From contig JAURAC010000041.1 of assembly GCA_030586555.1 (NCBI GenBank), positions 1 to 23,924 of the forward strand: a stretch of DNA of 23,924 nt, in the 5' to 3' direction. The DNA comes from Candidatus Subterrananammoxibius californiae. GTDB taxonomy: Bacteria; Planctomycetota; Brocadiia; Brocadiales; Subterrananammoxibiaceae. Shown here in pieces: positions 1-12,000 of the stretch. The notes beneath the pieces are model-generated. The model ran no database searches. It was not told the DNA's origin and saw only the letters and a list, made by a program, of their open reading frames with translations. Each line of letters begins with the position of its first letter. Positions within the stretch are counted from its first letter, which is position 1. Position numbers and translations under genes: made by a program.

Positions 1-67
1 CTCCCAGTAGCGCAAGGCTCGCTACACCCGCAGCTACCAGTATATACCTTCCATATTTGCCTTTCAT
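1..67 (-). CDS. 5' end of an exported protein, truncated by the window edge (MKGKYGRYILVAAGVASLALLG...)
   Basis: Manual translation: ATG at 67, strong RBS (GAGGAGGGAG, ~74-83), basic then hydrophobic N-terminus typical of a signal peptide, sigma54 promoter upstream. Not in the ORF track. Confidence 0.75.
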   Translation of the reverse strand, partial: MKGKYGRYILVAAGVASLALLG

Positions 68-214
68 TAACAACTCCCTCCTCATAGAGAAGAAGCCCCA
101 CTCTCGTGGTAAAATAAATACTACCGTAAATTGACCTTATTTTTCAACAACCACCCCCTTTCCTCAGCCAATTAAAAAAAGAAATATTGCTCTTTGTTTT
201 ACATGAATGTAAGG

Positions 215-230
215 TGCAAGTTTTATGCCA
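215..230 (-). promoter_or_regulatory. sigma54 (-24/-12) promoter
   Basis: Minus strand reads TGGCATAAAACTTGCA, a close match to TGGCAC-N5-TTGCW. It lies just downstream of a sigma54 activator gene and points at the CDS starting at 67. Confidence 0.85.
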
Positions 231-328
231 TGTTTAGTGACGGCCGACTGGAAAGTTGTAATACTTTTAACCATAGAAACTTAGAAATAATCCCCATATT
301 TGCGATGAAGTGATTTTGTAATAGTATA

Positions 329-443
329 TGACTGAAATAGGTCAGGAGATTTACGAGGTCCAGGATAATCAATTGTAAGTATAAATGAGGCTAAAGGTAA
401 TGATTTAAACAAAAACGGTCAGTCAATGACTGTTTTTGGTCAG
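329..443. promoter_or_regulatory. candidate enhancer (UAS) sites for a sigma54 activator
   Basis: TGACTG-AAATA-GGTCAG (329-345) and TGACTG-TTTTT-GGTCAG (427-443), both TGAC-N8-GTCA palindromes, plus a GGTCAG half-site at 417-422; about 100-210 bp upstream of the sigma54 box. Confidence 0.65.
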
Positions 444-484
444 CAGAATTGAAGACTGCGCTGCTCTTTATGACATGGATTTGT

Positions 485-1861
485 TTATGTGGGCATGTGG
501 AGTTTCGTCATCTTGTTTCTGAGCGTAGTTCTTGGAATACTAAGCATTTCTGCCATTCTAACCTGGTTGCCGTTAGACTTCTCGTATGCCCATTGAATTA
601 GTTTCGTCTCCACTTCATCAATGGTTTCCTCAAGGTTAATCCTGGTTGCGTTAGAGAGGTCGGGGGTAAATACATTGGCAAAGGTCTCGTGCTTTTTCAG
701 GTATCTGGGTAGGCTTTCCAGAGTAATTCCTGCCTGTGTGGAAAATGCAAGTGCGTGTTCAATAACGTTTTCTAATTCCCTTACATTTCCAGGCCAGTCA
801 TGACTTATCAATACATCAAGTGCTTCCTGGGAAACATCTGGAATAGGTGCACCCTGGTGGAGGGCATGTTTTTTTAAGAAATAGTTTACAAGTAAAGGAA
901 TATCCCCTTTTCGGGTCCTCATGGGGGGGAGGTCTATAGTTATAACGTTCAACCTATAGTATAGGTCTTCTCTGAACCTTCGTTCTTCGACAAGCTGTTT
1001 AAGATTTTTCTTGGTCGCGCATATAACCCGCACATTTACGGAGAGTGTTTCCTCTCCACCAACCCTTTCAAATTCTTTTTCCTGGAGCACCCGTAAAAGT
1101 TTGACCTGCATCTCAAGAGGAATATCATCAACATCATCAAGAAAGATTGAACCACCATCTGCAAGTTCAAATCTTCCTCTTCTCATCTTTACAGCGCCTG
1201 TGAACGCCCCCTTTTCGTGACCGAAGAGCTCACTTTCGAGCATTTCCCTATTCAGGGTTGCGCAGCTCAATTTGATAAATGGACCTTCTCTTCTATTACT
1301 ATTGTAATGTATAGCACCTGCTATGAGTTCCTTACCTGTGCCGCTTTCTCCCCGTATGAGTACGGTAGTATCCCTATCAGATATGGTATCTACGGTTTCA
1401 AGAATCTTTAACATTGACCCACTTTTCCCAATAATATTATCATACCCGTATTGCCCTTGTACCTCCTTGCGAAGGCGGAGAACCTCTGCGGCTGTGTCCT
1501 TATATTTCAAAGCCCTTTGAATCTTTATGATTAATTCTTCTGTTGAGAACGGCTTTGCAATAAAGTCGTAAGCGCCTTCTTTCATGGCTGTCACAGCGCT
1601 TTCGAGGGTTCCGTAAGCGGTCATTATTATTACGACCATTCCCTGCGATTGTTTTTTTACTTCCTTCAGGAATTGAATGCCATCCATTTCTGGAAGTTTC
1701 AGGTCTGCTATCACAACATCAAAATCCTCTTCTTCTATAAGTTTTAAGCCCTCGATGGGTGTTTTTGTAGACTTGACATTGTATCCATCTTTCTTGAGTT
1801 GATTTTCGAGCGACACCCGCATCAGTCGTTCATCATCTACAATAAGGACATTGCCATTCAT
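485..1861 (-). CDS. sigma54-dependent response regulator (NtrC/AtoC/ZraR family: REC-AAA+-Fis HTH)
   Basis: Receiver domain (LIVDDE, DLKLP), Walker A GESGTGKE, GAFTGA loop, RFREDLYYRLNV, WPGNVRELEN, C-terminal HTH. Confidence 0.95.
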   Translation of the reverse strand: MNGNVLIVDDERLMRVSLENQLKKDGYNVKSTKTPIEGLKLIEEEDFDVVIADLKLPEMDGIQFLKEVKKQSQGMVVIIMTAYGTLESAVTAMKEGAYDFIAKPFSTEELIIKIQRALKYKDTAAEVLRLRKEVQGQYGYDNIIGKSGSMLKILETVDTISDRDTTVLIRGESGTGKELIAGAIHYNSNRREGPFIKLSCATLNREMLESELFGHEKGAFTGAVKMRRGRFELADGGSIFLDDVDDIPLEMQVKLLRVLQEKEFERVGGEETLSVNVRVICATKKNLKQLVEERRFREDLYYRLNVITIDLPPMRTRKGDIPLLVNYFLKKHALHQGAPIPDVSQEALDVLISHDWPGNVRELENVIEHALAFSTQAGITLESLPRYLKKHETFANVFTPDLSNATRINLEETIDEVETKLIQWAYEKSNGNQVRMAEMLSIPRTTLRNKMTKLHMPT

Positions 1862-1879
1862 CTTTAAGCCTCAATACGA

Positions 1880-1942
1880 GGTAGACAACGAGGTTTTATC
1901 TCGTTGACCCAAGTTCAATGAACATAAAGTTCGTTGTCTACC
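1880..1942. repeat. GTAG-family REP doublet (REPIN-like), copy 1
   Basis: 12-bp terminal inverted repeats GGTAGACAACGA...TCGTTGTCTACC, each arm forming its own hairpin; homologous to 4078-4164. Confidence 0.8.
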
Positions 1943-1970
1943 AGATATTTTAAATTTTCTTCAAATATTA

Positions 1971-1998
1971 ATTATAGCACACAATTTTTCATTTTCAA
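1971..1998 (-). promoter_or_regulatory. putative sigma70 promoter of the sigma54 activator gene
   Basis: Minus strand TTGAAA-N16-TATAAT with an extended -10 (TGC-TATAAT). Confidence 0.55.
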
Positions 1999-2081
1999 TC
2001 CTCAAAGCGAAGCTGTCCGTTGAGAACAAAGATGGTAATATGCCTAAAGGGATTGTGTACCAACTACATTTAAAGTTAGAA

Positions 2082-4060
<1,979 letters not shown>

Positions 4061-4077
4061 TTGTTTTCTCCATACTT

Positions 4078-4164
4078 AAGGTAGACAACGAACCCATGAA
4101 TCACGTTCAGGGCATGCTTTACGTTCGTTGATTTTCAACGAGGATAAACCTCGTTGTCTACCTT
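4078..4164. repeat. GTAG-family REP doublet (REPIN-like), copy 2, inverted, with a ~24-bp insert
   Basis: 14-bp terminal inverted repeats AAGGTAGACAACGA...TCGTTGTCTACCTT; its reverse complement aligns to 1880-1942. Confidence 0.8.
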
Positions 4165-4322
4165 TTAACTTCTATATCTTCTGTACCCTTTAAGCCCTTT
4201 TTAAACTCTACGATTCCCCTCCCCAGAGACCTCATAGCTACTGGAATCCTCTTACCAAAAAGAAGTAGCGTTACAAACCCTATTACTATCATTTCTATCC
4301 AACCAGGGACACCTAAGAACAT
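4158..4322 (-). CDS. tatA: twin-arginine translocase subunit TatA/E (54 aa)
   Basis: Manual translation MFLGVPGWIEMIVIGFVTLLLFGKRIPVAMRSLGRGIVEFKKGLKGTEDIEVKR shows the TatA pattern (E in the TM helix, FG hinge, amphipathic helix ending EFKKG). RBS GGAGG 7 nt upstream. Below the ORF-track length cutoff. Confidence 0.92.
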   Translation of the reverse strand: MFLGVPGWIEMIVIGFVTLLLFGKRIPVAMRSLGRGIVEFKKGLKGTEDIEVKR

Positions 4323-4398
4323 TTTTCATCCTCCTTCTGTACCAATATGTAATACAAGTAGGTGCGTGTTACAATGCCCCCCCTTCCACTAAAGAATT

Positions 4399-5358
4399 TC
4401 ATCTGTAGTACTTTGTACCCTTTTCCCTCTCTTTTAGAAATTCTGGGTCAACAGGTACATTGCCAATAAATGGTAGCGTTATAGAGGTGGAGTTCTCTGT
4501 AACGAATTTCTCGCATTTAACGACAATCTCCCTGAAGGCTTCAGCAGCCTTTGAATCTGATGCGCATGCAAAGGCTTTCCCATCATCGCAATTTTCAGTA
4601 ATCTTCGGGTCGAGGGGGATTTTACCCAAAAGGGTTGTACCAAGCTCCCTGGCAATCTTCTCCCCACCACCTGTTTTGAAGACATCAATGTTTCCTCCAC
4701 AGTGGGGGCAGGTTAAACCGCTCATATTCTCAATAATCCCTATTACAGGCACGTTACTATCCCTTGAAAAGAGCACCGCCTTGCGAACGTCTAAAAGGAC
4801 AACATCCTGAGGCGTAGTAACAACCACAGACCCGCTGACACTACCAATAAGCTCAATTAATGAAATTGCCTCATTACCAGTCCCTGGAGGGAGATCAATG
4901 ATAAGGTAATCTAACTTACCCCAGTTTACCGTACCCATAAGTTCGCTGAGGAAATCGTATTTTGCGCTGTCACGCCATGCTATAGGCTCGTCAGGTCTCT
5001 CTATAAGAAATGAAAGGGATGCCACCTTCAGGTTAGGATTCACCTCCAGTGGTTCTATCCCGTCCCTCGTGGTACGAAGCCTTTTACCCTCGACACCAAG
5101 CATCTTTGGTATATTAGGGCCATGAATATCCGCATCGGCAATACCAACCTTACGGCCCATTTGCGCAAGGGTTGCACCCAAATTAACCGTTACGGTACTT
5201 TTTCCGACACCCCCTTTGTTGCTCATGACAAATATCTTGTATTTAATATCAGCCATTCGCTGGCTTATAGCCCAGCGATTATGTTCGTTGGGGTTTATCT
5301 TGCATTCAAATTGCTTTTCGCACATTGAGCAAGTATAGGGAATTCTACATTCAAACAC
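4399..5358 (-). CDS. Mrp/ApbC/NBP35-family iron-sulfur cluster carrier ATPase
   Basis: Deviant Walker A KGGVGKST, DADIHGP, DYLIIDLPPGTG, VTTPQ, GIIENMS, CPHC; extra N-terminal Cys-rich segment. Confidence 0.93.
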   Translation of the reverse strand: MFECRIPYTCSMCEKQFECKINPNEHNRWAISQRMADIKYKIFVMSNKGGVGKSTVTVNLGATLAQMGRKVGIADADIHGPNIPKMLGVEGKRLRTTRDGIEPLEVNPNLKVASLSFLIERPDEPIAWRDSAKYDFLSELMGTVNWGKLDYLIIDLPPGTGNEAISLIELIGSVSGSVVVTTPQDVVLLDVRKAVLFSRDSNVPVIGIIENMSGLTCPHCGGNIDVFKTGGGEKIARELGTTLLGKIPLDPKITENCDDGKAFACASDSKAAEAFREIVVKCEKFVTENSTSITLPFIGNVPVDPEFLKEREKGTKYYR

Positions 5359-5369
5359 TTTTTCCTCCT

Positions 5370-6032
5370 CTACAAATGACTTATCGTCTTAATTGCACAT
5401 AAATCATTCACCATTCTACAGACATGTTCACATACACCACATCCAACACAGGCATCTTCATGAATAATTGGTTTAAAGTTATCGTAAGTAATTGCCTTAC
5501 CTGAGAGGGGGCATTTAATCACACAGGACTTGCAAGGTTGCTCGGCATAGGCAAGACATCTGGAAATATTAATTACGGCAACACCCATTCGCACTTCTTC
5601 TTTACTTGTGAGAGATTTCAGCGCCCCTGTTTTACAGGCTTTAATGCAAGGAAAGTCGTTACATAAGTAGCATGGTTTCTCTTTCGGAACAATTATAGGA
5701 GTTCCTGCTGCGCTACCATAATCTTTCCCAGCTTTCTTTATACTATGATGAGGACAAGCTATGATACAGTCATCACACCGCGTACAAAGCGAAAGAAAGG
5801 CTGTTTCATCTACAGCGCCCGGAGGTCTGATATAAACCCCTTTCTTTGTCGCTCCGCCAGAGGTGGATTGTGGCGATTCCTTCTTGGCGATTTCTTTTAC
5901 GCTGTCAACGACCGATGCTATACCAGCCCTAAAGAACTGTCTTCTATTATATGCTATTTTATCCTTTTCTTTCATCTCTAAAGAATTATTTTTATTATAT
6001 ACGCTTTTATCCTTATCTTCAATATCTTCCAT
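5370..6032 (-). CDS. NapG/MauM-like multi-[4Fe-4S] ferredoxin-type protein
   Basis: RPPGA..E..FLSLCTRCDDCIIACP, CYLC...PCIKAC, CLA...CKSCVIKCP, CVGCGVCEHVC; NRRQFF near the N-terminus. Confidence 0.85.
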   Translation of the reverse strand: MEDIEDKDKSVYNKNNSLEMKEKDKIAYNRRQFFRAGIASVVDSVKEIAKKESPQSTSGGATKKGVYIRPPGAVDETAFLSLCTRCDDCIIACPHHSIKKAGKDYGSAAGTPIIVPKEKPCYLCNDFPCIKACKTGALKSLTSKEEVRMGVAVINISRCLAYAEQPCKSCVIKCPLSGKAITYDNFKPIIHEDACVGCGVCEHVCRMVNDLCAIKTISHL

Positions 6033-6161
6033 AAAATTATGATTTCTTAAAATGGCATTGAAACGCTAACCGCCCACCGAGCCTCTCCTAATATGTTCCA
6101 TCATTTATAAATTTTTGGACACAGTAAGTTTTATCTTATTAAAAATATAAAACCGTGTGCC

Positions 6162-6599
6162 TTATTTTTTGTACTTTGCATGGCACTCTTTACACGTCTT
6201 TTGCATTCTTTTGAACTCGTCACGTATCACTTTAACATCCTTTTTTTCACTTGCTTCAATTATAAAATCTCTGGATTCTTGAAATTTTTGGTCTATTTCA
6301 AAGAATTCTTGTGGAATGTTCTTGGTGTCTACATTTGCTGATAACAGTAACTCACCCAGTGAATCTACGTGCCTTGCGTACAGCATAATTTTATCCCAGT
6401 TTTTCTTTTTTATGGCATCATCTAACCATTTTACAAATGCATCTACCCTGTCCATGTGTGTTTGCACGACCTTCTTATCAATATCTTCTACCTTGAACTC
6501 TTTCTTCAACACTGCGCTTGCATTCAGTTCACACCCTGTACGATAAACAGTAGATATTAGACAGCAGACAGATAATAGAAGGACCTTTTTATATTTCAA
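6162..6599 (-). CDS. exported monohaem cytochrome c with C-terminal CxxCH (class II / c'-like)
   Basis: Signal-like N-terminus, predicted helical body, CKECH five residues from the C-terminus; TTG start after GAGGA. Confidence 0.75.
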   Translation of the reverse strand: MKYKKVLLLSVCCLISTVYRTGCELNASAVLKKEFKVEDIDKKVVQTHMDRVDAFVKWLDDAIKKKNWDKIMLYARHVDSLGELLLSANVDTKNIPQEFFEIDQKFQESRDFIIEASEKKDVKVIRDEFKRMQKTCKECHAKYKK

Positions 6600-6913
6600 T
6601 TGTGTGCTTCCTCGGTCTATACAAACATTACTTTGTTAAAAAATGCCGTAAAATACAGTGTAAGTCTAAATATAACAGATACTTAAGCATTGAATAGTAT
6701 AAAATCGTAAGTTCTTTGATGATGACAGGTTATAATATTTGGACGTATCAAAGCTTAAGTCATTGTAAATACACAATTTAAGCGTGTTTTTCTGCATATT
6801 TTTAACAAAGTAATGTTCTATGTTAATAAAAGTTATCTACAAAACTGTATTTATCCAAAAAAGAAAAATAATAATACTAATAACATACTTTTTAAGTAAC
6901 ATTTATTAATGAG

Positions 6914-8803
6914 TCAACAGGTGCCACATTTCTCACCCAGAACGACGGTAATCTTTGGATTTACCTGGGTCTTTGGATGAACCCTCAAATGTTCCAGCAT
7001 ACTTGGCGTTCCACGCATGTCTTTAGCCCTTCCGTAGCAAATTATGCAAAACTTATGTGACTCGAACCATCTCACAAGATCAGGTGGTCCTGCTACAAGC
7101 GCAAGACCGCCTTGTAAGGTTGCATCGGAGACTTCTTTAACTATTGCCTCGCAAACAGACGGATCGTTATAGTTATTGAAGGGTATCCACCGATAGATAA
7201 GTTCGTATCTCTGTTCGTACACAGAAGCCTGATTTGTCTGTTCGGGTAAAAACTCTACATTTTCTACTACCTTGAGATTTCCATCTTTTGCAGCTTGGTC
7301 CCAGATTGCCTGAGCATTTTTTTGTGCCCATACTGGTCGATTGTAGAGTATTGTGTACCGACGTTGCCAGTTATCAGGGTTGACAAAACCAGCACAGACG
7401 GGATCGAAATTGTGAATTAGTACATTTCGTGTCTCTAACATTCTGATTGCCATACCTGGGACCTGATTAATGTAATCATAAGCTTGGTCTAGAACAAAGA
7501 GTTGAGTAGAATCCTCTGCCACTATAGATTCATTATCAGTGAAGCGGAGTGATGTCGTCCAGGCAGCGACAGGATCAATCTTGGGGGGGGGTCCTTTAAA
7601 GAACTTCCTCCATCCGAATGGATAATTTGGGAGTTGAACATGTGATGTATCCTGTATGGTACCACATCTGGAGTAGAGAGGGATTTCTATCGTTTGATCG
7701 CCGTCTCGTAACTTCAAGATACTTCCTTCTACACCAACTGTTCGGTCGCAAGGAGCAAACCCTTTCATTCCGAAGTAGTAGTATGGGACGGCTGCTGGAT
7801 CATCTATTACGGTAACTTTTTGGACTTTTTGCCTTTGCACAGTGATGCAAAGTCTATGTTCCTTATCGAAAAAACGCCATGGAGGATCTGGTCTCAGCCA
7901 CCATGCGATTTCGTAACCTCGTTGAGAATCCATAAACACATTATATGGATCCTCTGAGCCATGAACCTCCGGCCTGTAATAGGCACAAAACAGGCCGTAC
8001 GCCTGTCTTATCGGATATGTGGGAATACCCCTGTAACGTAAAGGAATCAAACCATCGGTAACACGCTGGTCATCGCACAATCCCCAGATCATATCAAAGG
8101 CTGCTCCCCCTGTTCCAGTTAACGTGGACTGGTAGAGTTCAACGACGTTTAACAAATCAATACGTTCCCATGGAATAGTGCCCATGTAACTGACAAACAG
8201 AGACTGATTAAAAGTTCCATCTGCCAATATGTAGACTCCATCTTTCTTGTTGCTTATCAAGACATGCCCACTCTCATTCCATTTAAAGTTTTTATCGGGA
8301 TAAAAATAACGCATGTCATCCAATGGTACTCCCCACATTTCAGCAGCCATCTTGCGAAGGTCGTCTGGCACAGGCTCTTTGCCTTCTGGATTTAAGGGTA
8401 ATTTCAATTCAGCTACCTGGTCTGTATCCTCGGCTATTATTCCACCCCATTGCATACAGTCCAGTCGGACACGCGCACGCGTCATCTTAATCTTGCCTTC
8501 TTCGGTAAGCCTCCATTCGCATTCATGGAGAGGAGTTCCATCAGGGTCGGTTCCAAGGATTCGACGTCCGTGGGACCCATAGAAAGCCAAATGTCCCATT
8601 GGAAAAGCCTTGATACTTGCAGTTGAGCCAAATTGAGTATGAGGCAGGTGCCAAAGACTTATCTTCCCAACTACATCTTCCTTTTCAGTCTTTATAAAAT
8701 TAGAAATGTTATCTTTCAGGAAATTAATACTTTCCTGATTCCCTTCAAGTACGAAATTTTTGGGTTCATTCAACACATCCATAAATAGTTTTGTATCAAT
8801 CAT
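6914..8803 (-). CDS. hypothetical protein (629 aa), possible degenerate SAM-methyltransferase-like C-terminus
   Basis: Long ORF co-oriented with nxrA. No recognisable family; C-terminal YELIY...LQGGLALV resembles class I methyltransferase post-motifs. Confidence 0.8.
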   Translation of the reverse strand: MIDTKLFMDVLNEPKNFVLEGNQESINFLKDNISNFIKTEKEDVVGKISLWHLPHTQFGSTASIKAFPMGHLAFYGSHGRRILGTDPDGTPLHECEWRLTEEGKIKMTRARVRLDCMQWGGIIAEDTDQVAELKLPLNPEGKEPVPDDLRKMAAEMWGVPLDDMRYFYPDKNFKWNESGHVLISNKKDGVYILADGTFNQSLFVSYMGTIPWERIDLLNVVELYQSTLTGTGGAAFDMIWGLCDDQRVTDGLIPLRYRGIPTYPIRQAYGLFCAYYRPEVHGSEDPYNVFMDSQRGYEIAWWLRPDPPWRFFDKEHRLCITVQRQKVQKVTVIDDPAAVPYYYFGMKGFAPCDRTVGVEGSILKLRDGDQTIEIPLYSRCGTIQDTSHVQLPNYPFGWRKFFKGPPPKIDPVAAWTTSLRFTDNESIVAEDSTQLFVLDQAYDYINQVPGMAIRMLETRNVLIHNFDPVCAGFVNPDNWQRRYTILYNRPVWAQKNAQAIWDQAAKDGNLKVVENVEFLPEQTNQASVYEQRYELIYRWIPFNNYNDPSVCEAIVKEVSDATLQGGLALVAGPPDLVRWFESHKFCIICYGRAKDMRGTPSMLEHLRVHPKTQVNPKITVVLGEKCGTC

Positions 8804-8955
8804 GTTAATATAACAACACAGAAATTAAGTGAATGCAACCACTTTATAAACAGGTACTGCTGTTCCTATATTCCTTTTTAAAAAGGAAAAAAATGTTTTC
8901 AGATTTACCGATGGTAGACCAATCAAGATAAATACATTTTTACTCTGTAAGGGCA

Positions 8956-8988
8956 GAGAGCCAGCCTACCTGAGGTGGGCTGGCTCTC
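8956..8988 (-). terminator. GC-rich stem-loop downstream of nxrA (terminator or mRNA stabiliser)
   Basis: GAGAGCCAGCCTACC-TGA-GGTGGGCTGGCTCTC, 15-bp stem with one imperfect pair, about 30 nt after the nxrA stop; no clear U-tract on the minus strand. Confidence 0.55.
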
Positions 8989-9019
8989 CTTTACTTCTTG
9001 TACACGAGCTAACTGCGAC

Positions 9020-12000
9020 TTAAGCCGTTGCAGCCGACAATTTACCGGCAAGATACAACTTCATGACCTCGTTCTCGTTGCTTGGCATCATGCCGTCTGC
9101 AGCAGGGTCCCACAAGCCTTTGCCACCTATACCGCCATCTTCTGCCTTCGTTACCTTAACGAGTGTCTCCTTCGGGGTAGTGTTGATGCAATGGTTATCT
9201 GCTTCCATACCAAACACAAACCCCATATTAACCTTTTGTTTGTGAAAGAGGGTATCAAGTTGGTGCATAGGCATCAACCAACCCCTTGTACAGCTTTGGT
9301 GAGAACCGTACCTGAAATTAGCTTGGTAACCTGTGTCAAGAGAACATGCCCTACCATCAGGTCTCGTCTCATGTGCGAGCACGCTCCTCTCTGTAGCAAT
9401 AAACGGGGCATGTTTCATCATCAAGGTATAGTATGGATAAGCAGGATTGTACTTTACCCTCACCATACATCTTGAAACCTTGTAGTATGGGTCATTTGGT
9501 TTCCATCCTATGTATGGTCTATCAGCCGGGTTAGCATCAACATACACATAATCACCATCATTAATACCCAGGTCTTTTGCTGCCTGAGGATGCATGTGCA
9601 TTTGATGCTCACCAACGCCTGGTGTCCTCTTATCCATCCTGTACGGGTCACCAAAGTTGTTCTCCCATATAAGGTTCCAATCAACGGTGCTCCATTGGGA
9701 ATGTACTCTGTGCCTTGTCTTTGGTGTCAGGAGATAGAAGTGATAACCCTGCTCCCAGAGTGGGTTCTTTGTCTTTTTAACCTCATTCCATGGCATTTTT
9801 ATGTTTCTTACCTGCCGTTCATCCCATCCCATGTGCTCTTTGGGTATTCCGTAATCATTGGGCCTGATGTATGGATTCGAGCTAACGATTACGTTAGGCA
9901 GGAATGGCGTTGCCTCAGGACCTTCCCTATGAACGATGAAGTTTTCACCGTATTCGATTGCCTCTGGAAGATCACAGTAAGACTGGAACCTTCCATCATC
10001 CGTATAGACTGGTACGCTTTCCGTAACCTGTTCGTAGAAAGGCACCCTCGGATAGGTTCTGTACATCAAAAGCGCTCCACCGGGAACGCCGTACTTGCCT
10101 GCCATTATATCATCCACTTTATAGCCTGTGGTCGTCGTACTGGAATCAAAGAGCCATTGCATATAAACCTCTGGCCTTCCCTCAAGTGCAAACTTCCAGT
10201 AATCAGCAAAGCGCCTGTCTCCCAATATCTCACCTATCTTAGCAGCAACCGAAGCAGCTATCATAACATCATCCTTGGTATCGTAAAGCGGGGGAATTAC
10301 GCCTTTCCATACCTGCAAGAACGGGTTGGAGCATGACGAGGTAACCTCAAGGGTTGTAAATTCTGCCCAACAATTTGCAGGAAATGCGGCGTCGGCATAC
10401 TCTATACTGGACGTCATCTCAATATCATCGCTGATTATGAGGTCAACCTTCGGGTTTACGTTCTTAAACATCTCGTATGCCCACTTGGCATTGTTGAGAA
10501 GGTTTACATTGGTAAACCACATTACCTTAGTAGGGGTAAGCATGTGCGTCTTACCCGTAAAGTTCTTCCTGCCTCCCTTCGGGGTATTAACAATAAGTGG
10601 TTTATCCCCATAATTCCAGTAAGCTACCTCTTCGTCATAAGCATAACCTTTAACGTGAATATCTTTTCCATTAGCAGTTGGGTCAAGACAAGGATGGAAT
10701 GGGTCCTCAGCCACAATCGTTTTAAAGCCGTATCCTGACCACTTGGAACCCTGAAAGTTCGCTGCCTTGTAGTTACCAGCCCATGTGTGGCTACCAGAGC
10801 CATGAATACCAATATTCCCGGTTAACATGAGAGGCAGATATGTTGACCTATTGTGGAGTGTAGCATGGAACCAGTGGTTGATGCCCTCGCCATAATGTAC
10901 ACATGCAGGTTTTATGGTGGCAAAATCATTTGCAAGTCTCTCAATGAGTTCCTTTGGCGCTCCGGTTATTTCCTGGACGGTGTCAAGATCATAATCCCTA
11001 AGGTGTACCTTGTATAACTCGAAGAGTGTTGCAACTTCTACCTCTTTACCATCCACAAGCTTAACCTTTGCCTTGCCTTCAAGAACCGGGTCAATATCCT
11101 TCTTAAAGAGATTTTCACCTATGTCATCTCTTGTAATCGCCTTGATTTCACCAACCTTCTTGTCCCAGACACAGTAGTCGCCAATCTTATCCCTTTGTTC
11201 AGGCTTTAACCCCTGCACCTCAAAGCTGTAACCCTTCGATATATCCTGGTTTTTGTAACCAGGGATAACCTCTTCGGGTTTCAATCTTTTCAGCGTATCT
11301 GTCCTCACAAGCAGTGGGAAATCCGTGAAACCCTTTACGAATTTAGCGTCGTAGAGCTTCTTGTCAATCAAAATCTTTGTAACTGCAAGGAAGATACTCG
11401 TGTCAGAAATCCCGGGCCTTACTGGAATCCAGTAATCCGCCTTTGTTGCAGATGGGCTGTATTCGGGGGTTATAACGACAATCTTTGCGCCTCTTTCCAT
11501 CCCCTCGGTAAACCAATGCGCCTCAGGCATCTTGTTTTCAATGAGGTTCTTCCCCACATGAACCTGAAGCTTTGCGTATCGCAGGTCGGCAAAATCTATA
11601 TCGGACGTCTGCAACCCGTGTGTAAAAGGATGACCGGGCGCCTGGTCGCCGTGCCATGTATAGTTAGACCACATACGACCACCCAATGCCTTATCGTGTC
11701 CAACGCCACGCACGTTGTCATCAAGTAGCGCCATCATATTTGCGAACCTGTACTTACCCATGTACTTTCCTATTACACCTAATAGTCCCATACCGCCACG
11801 GAACTTCATGGTTCTTGTCCCTGCGCCTTTCCAGTGTTCGAGCATTTCTGGAGGATAACCGTCTCGTTCAAGCAGGCGCTTTTTTCCTTCCTCCCCACTG
11901 TAGGTCTTGGCAATATGTACTATGCCTTTTGCAACATACGTGGTCGCATCATCCCATGATACCTTGAGAAGCTCATCAGTGCCCCTACTTGTAAATTTAT

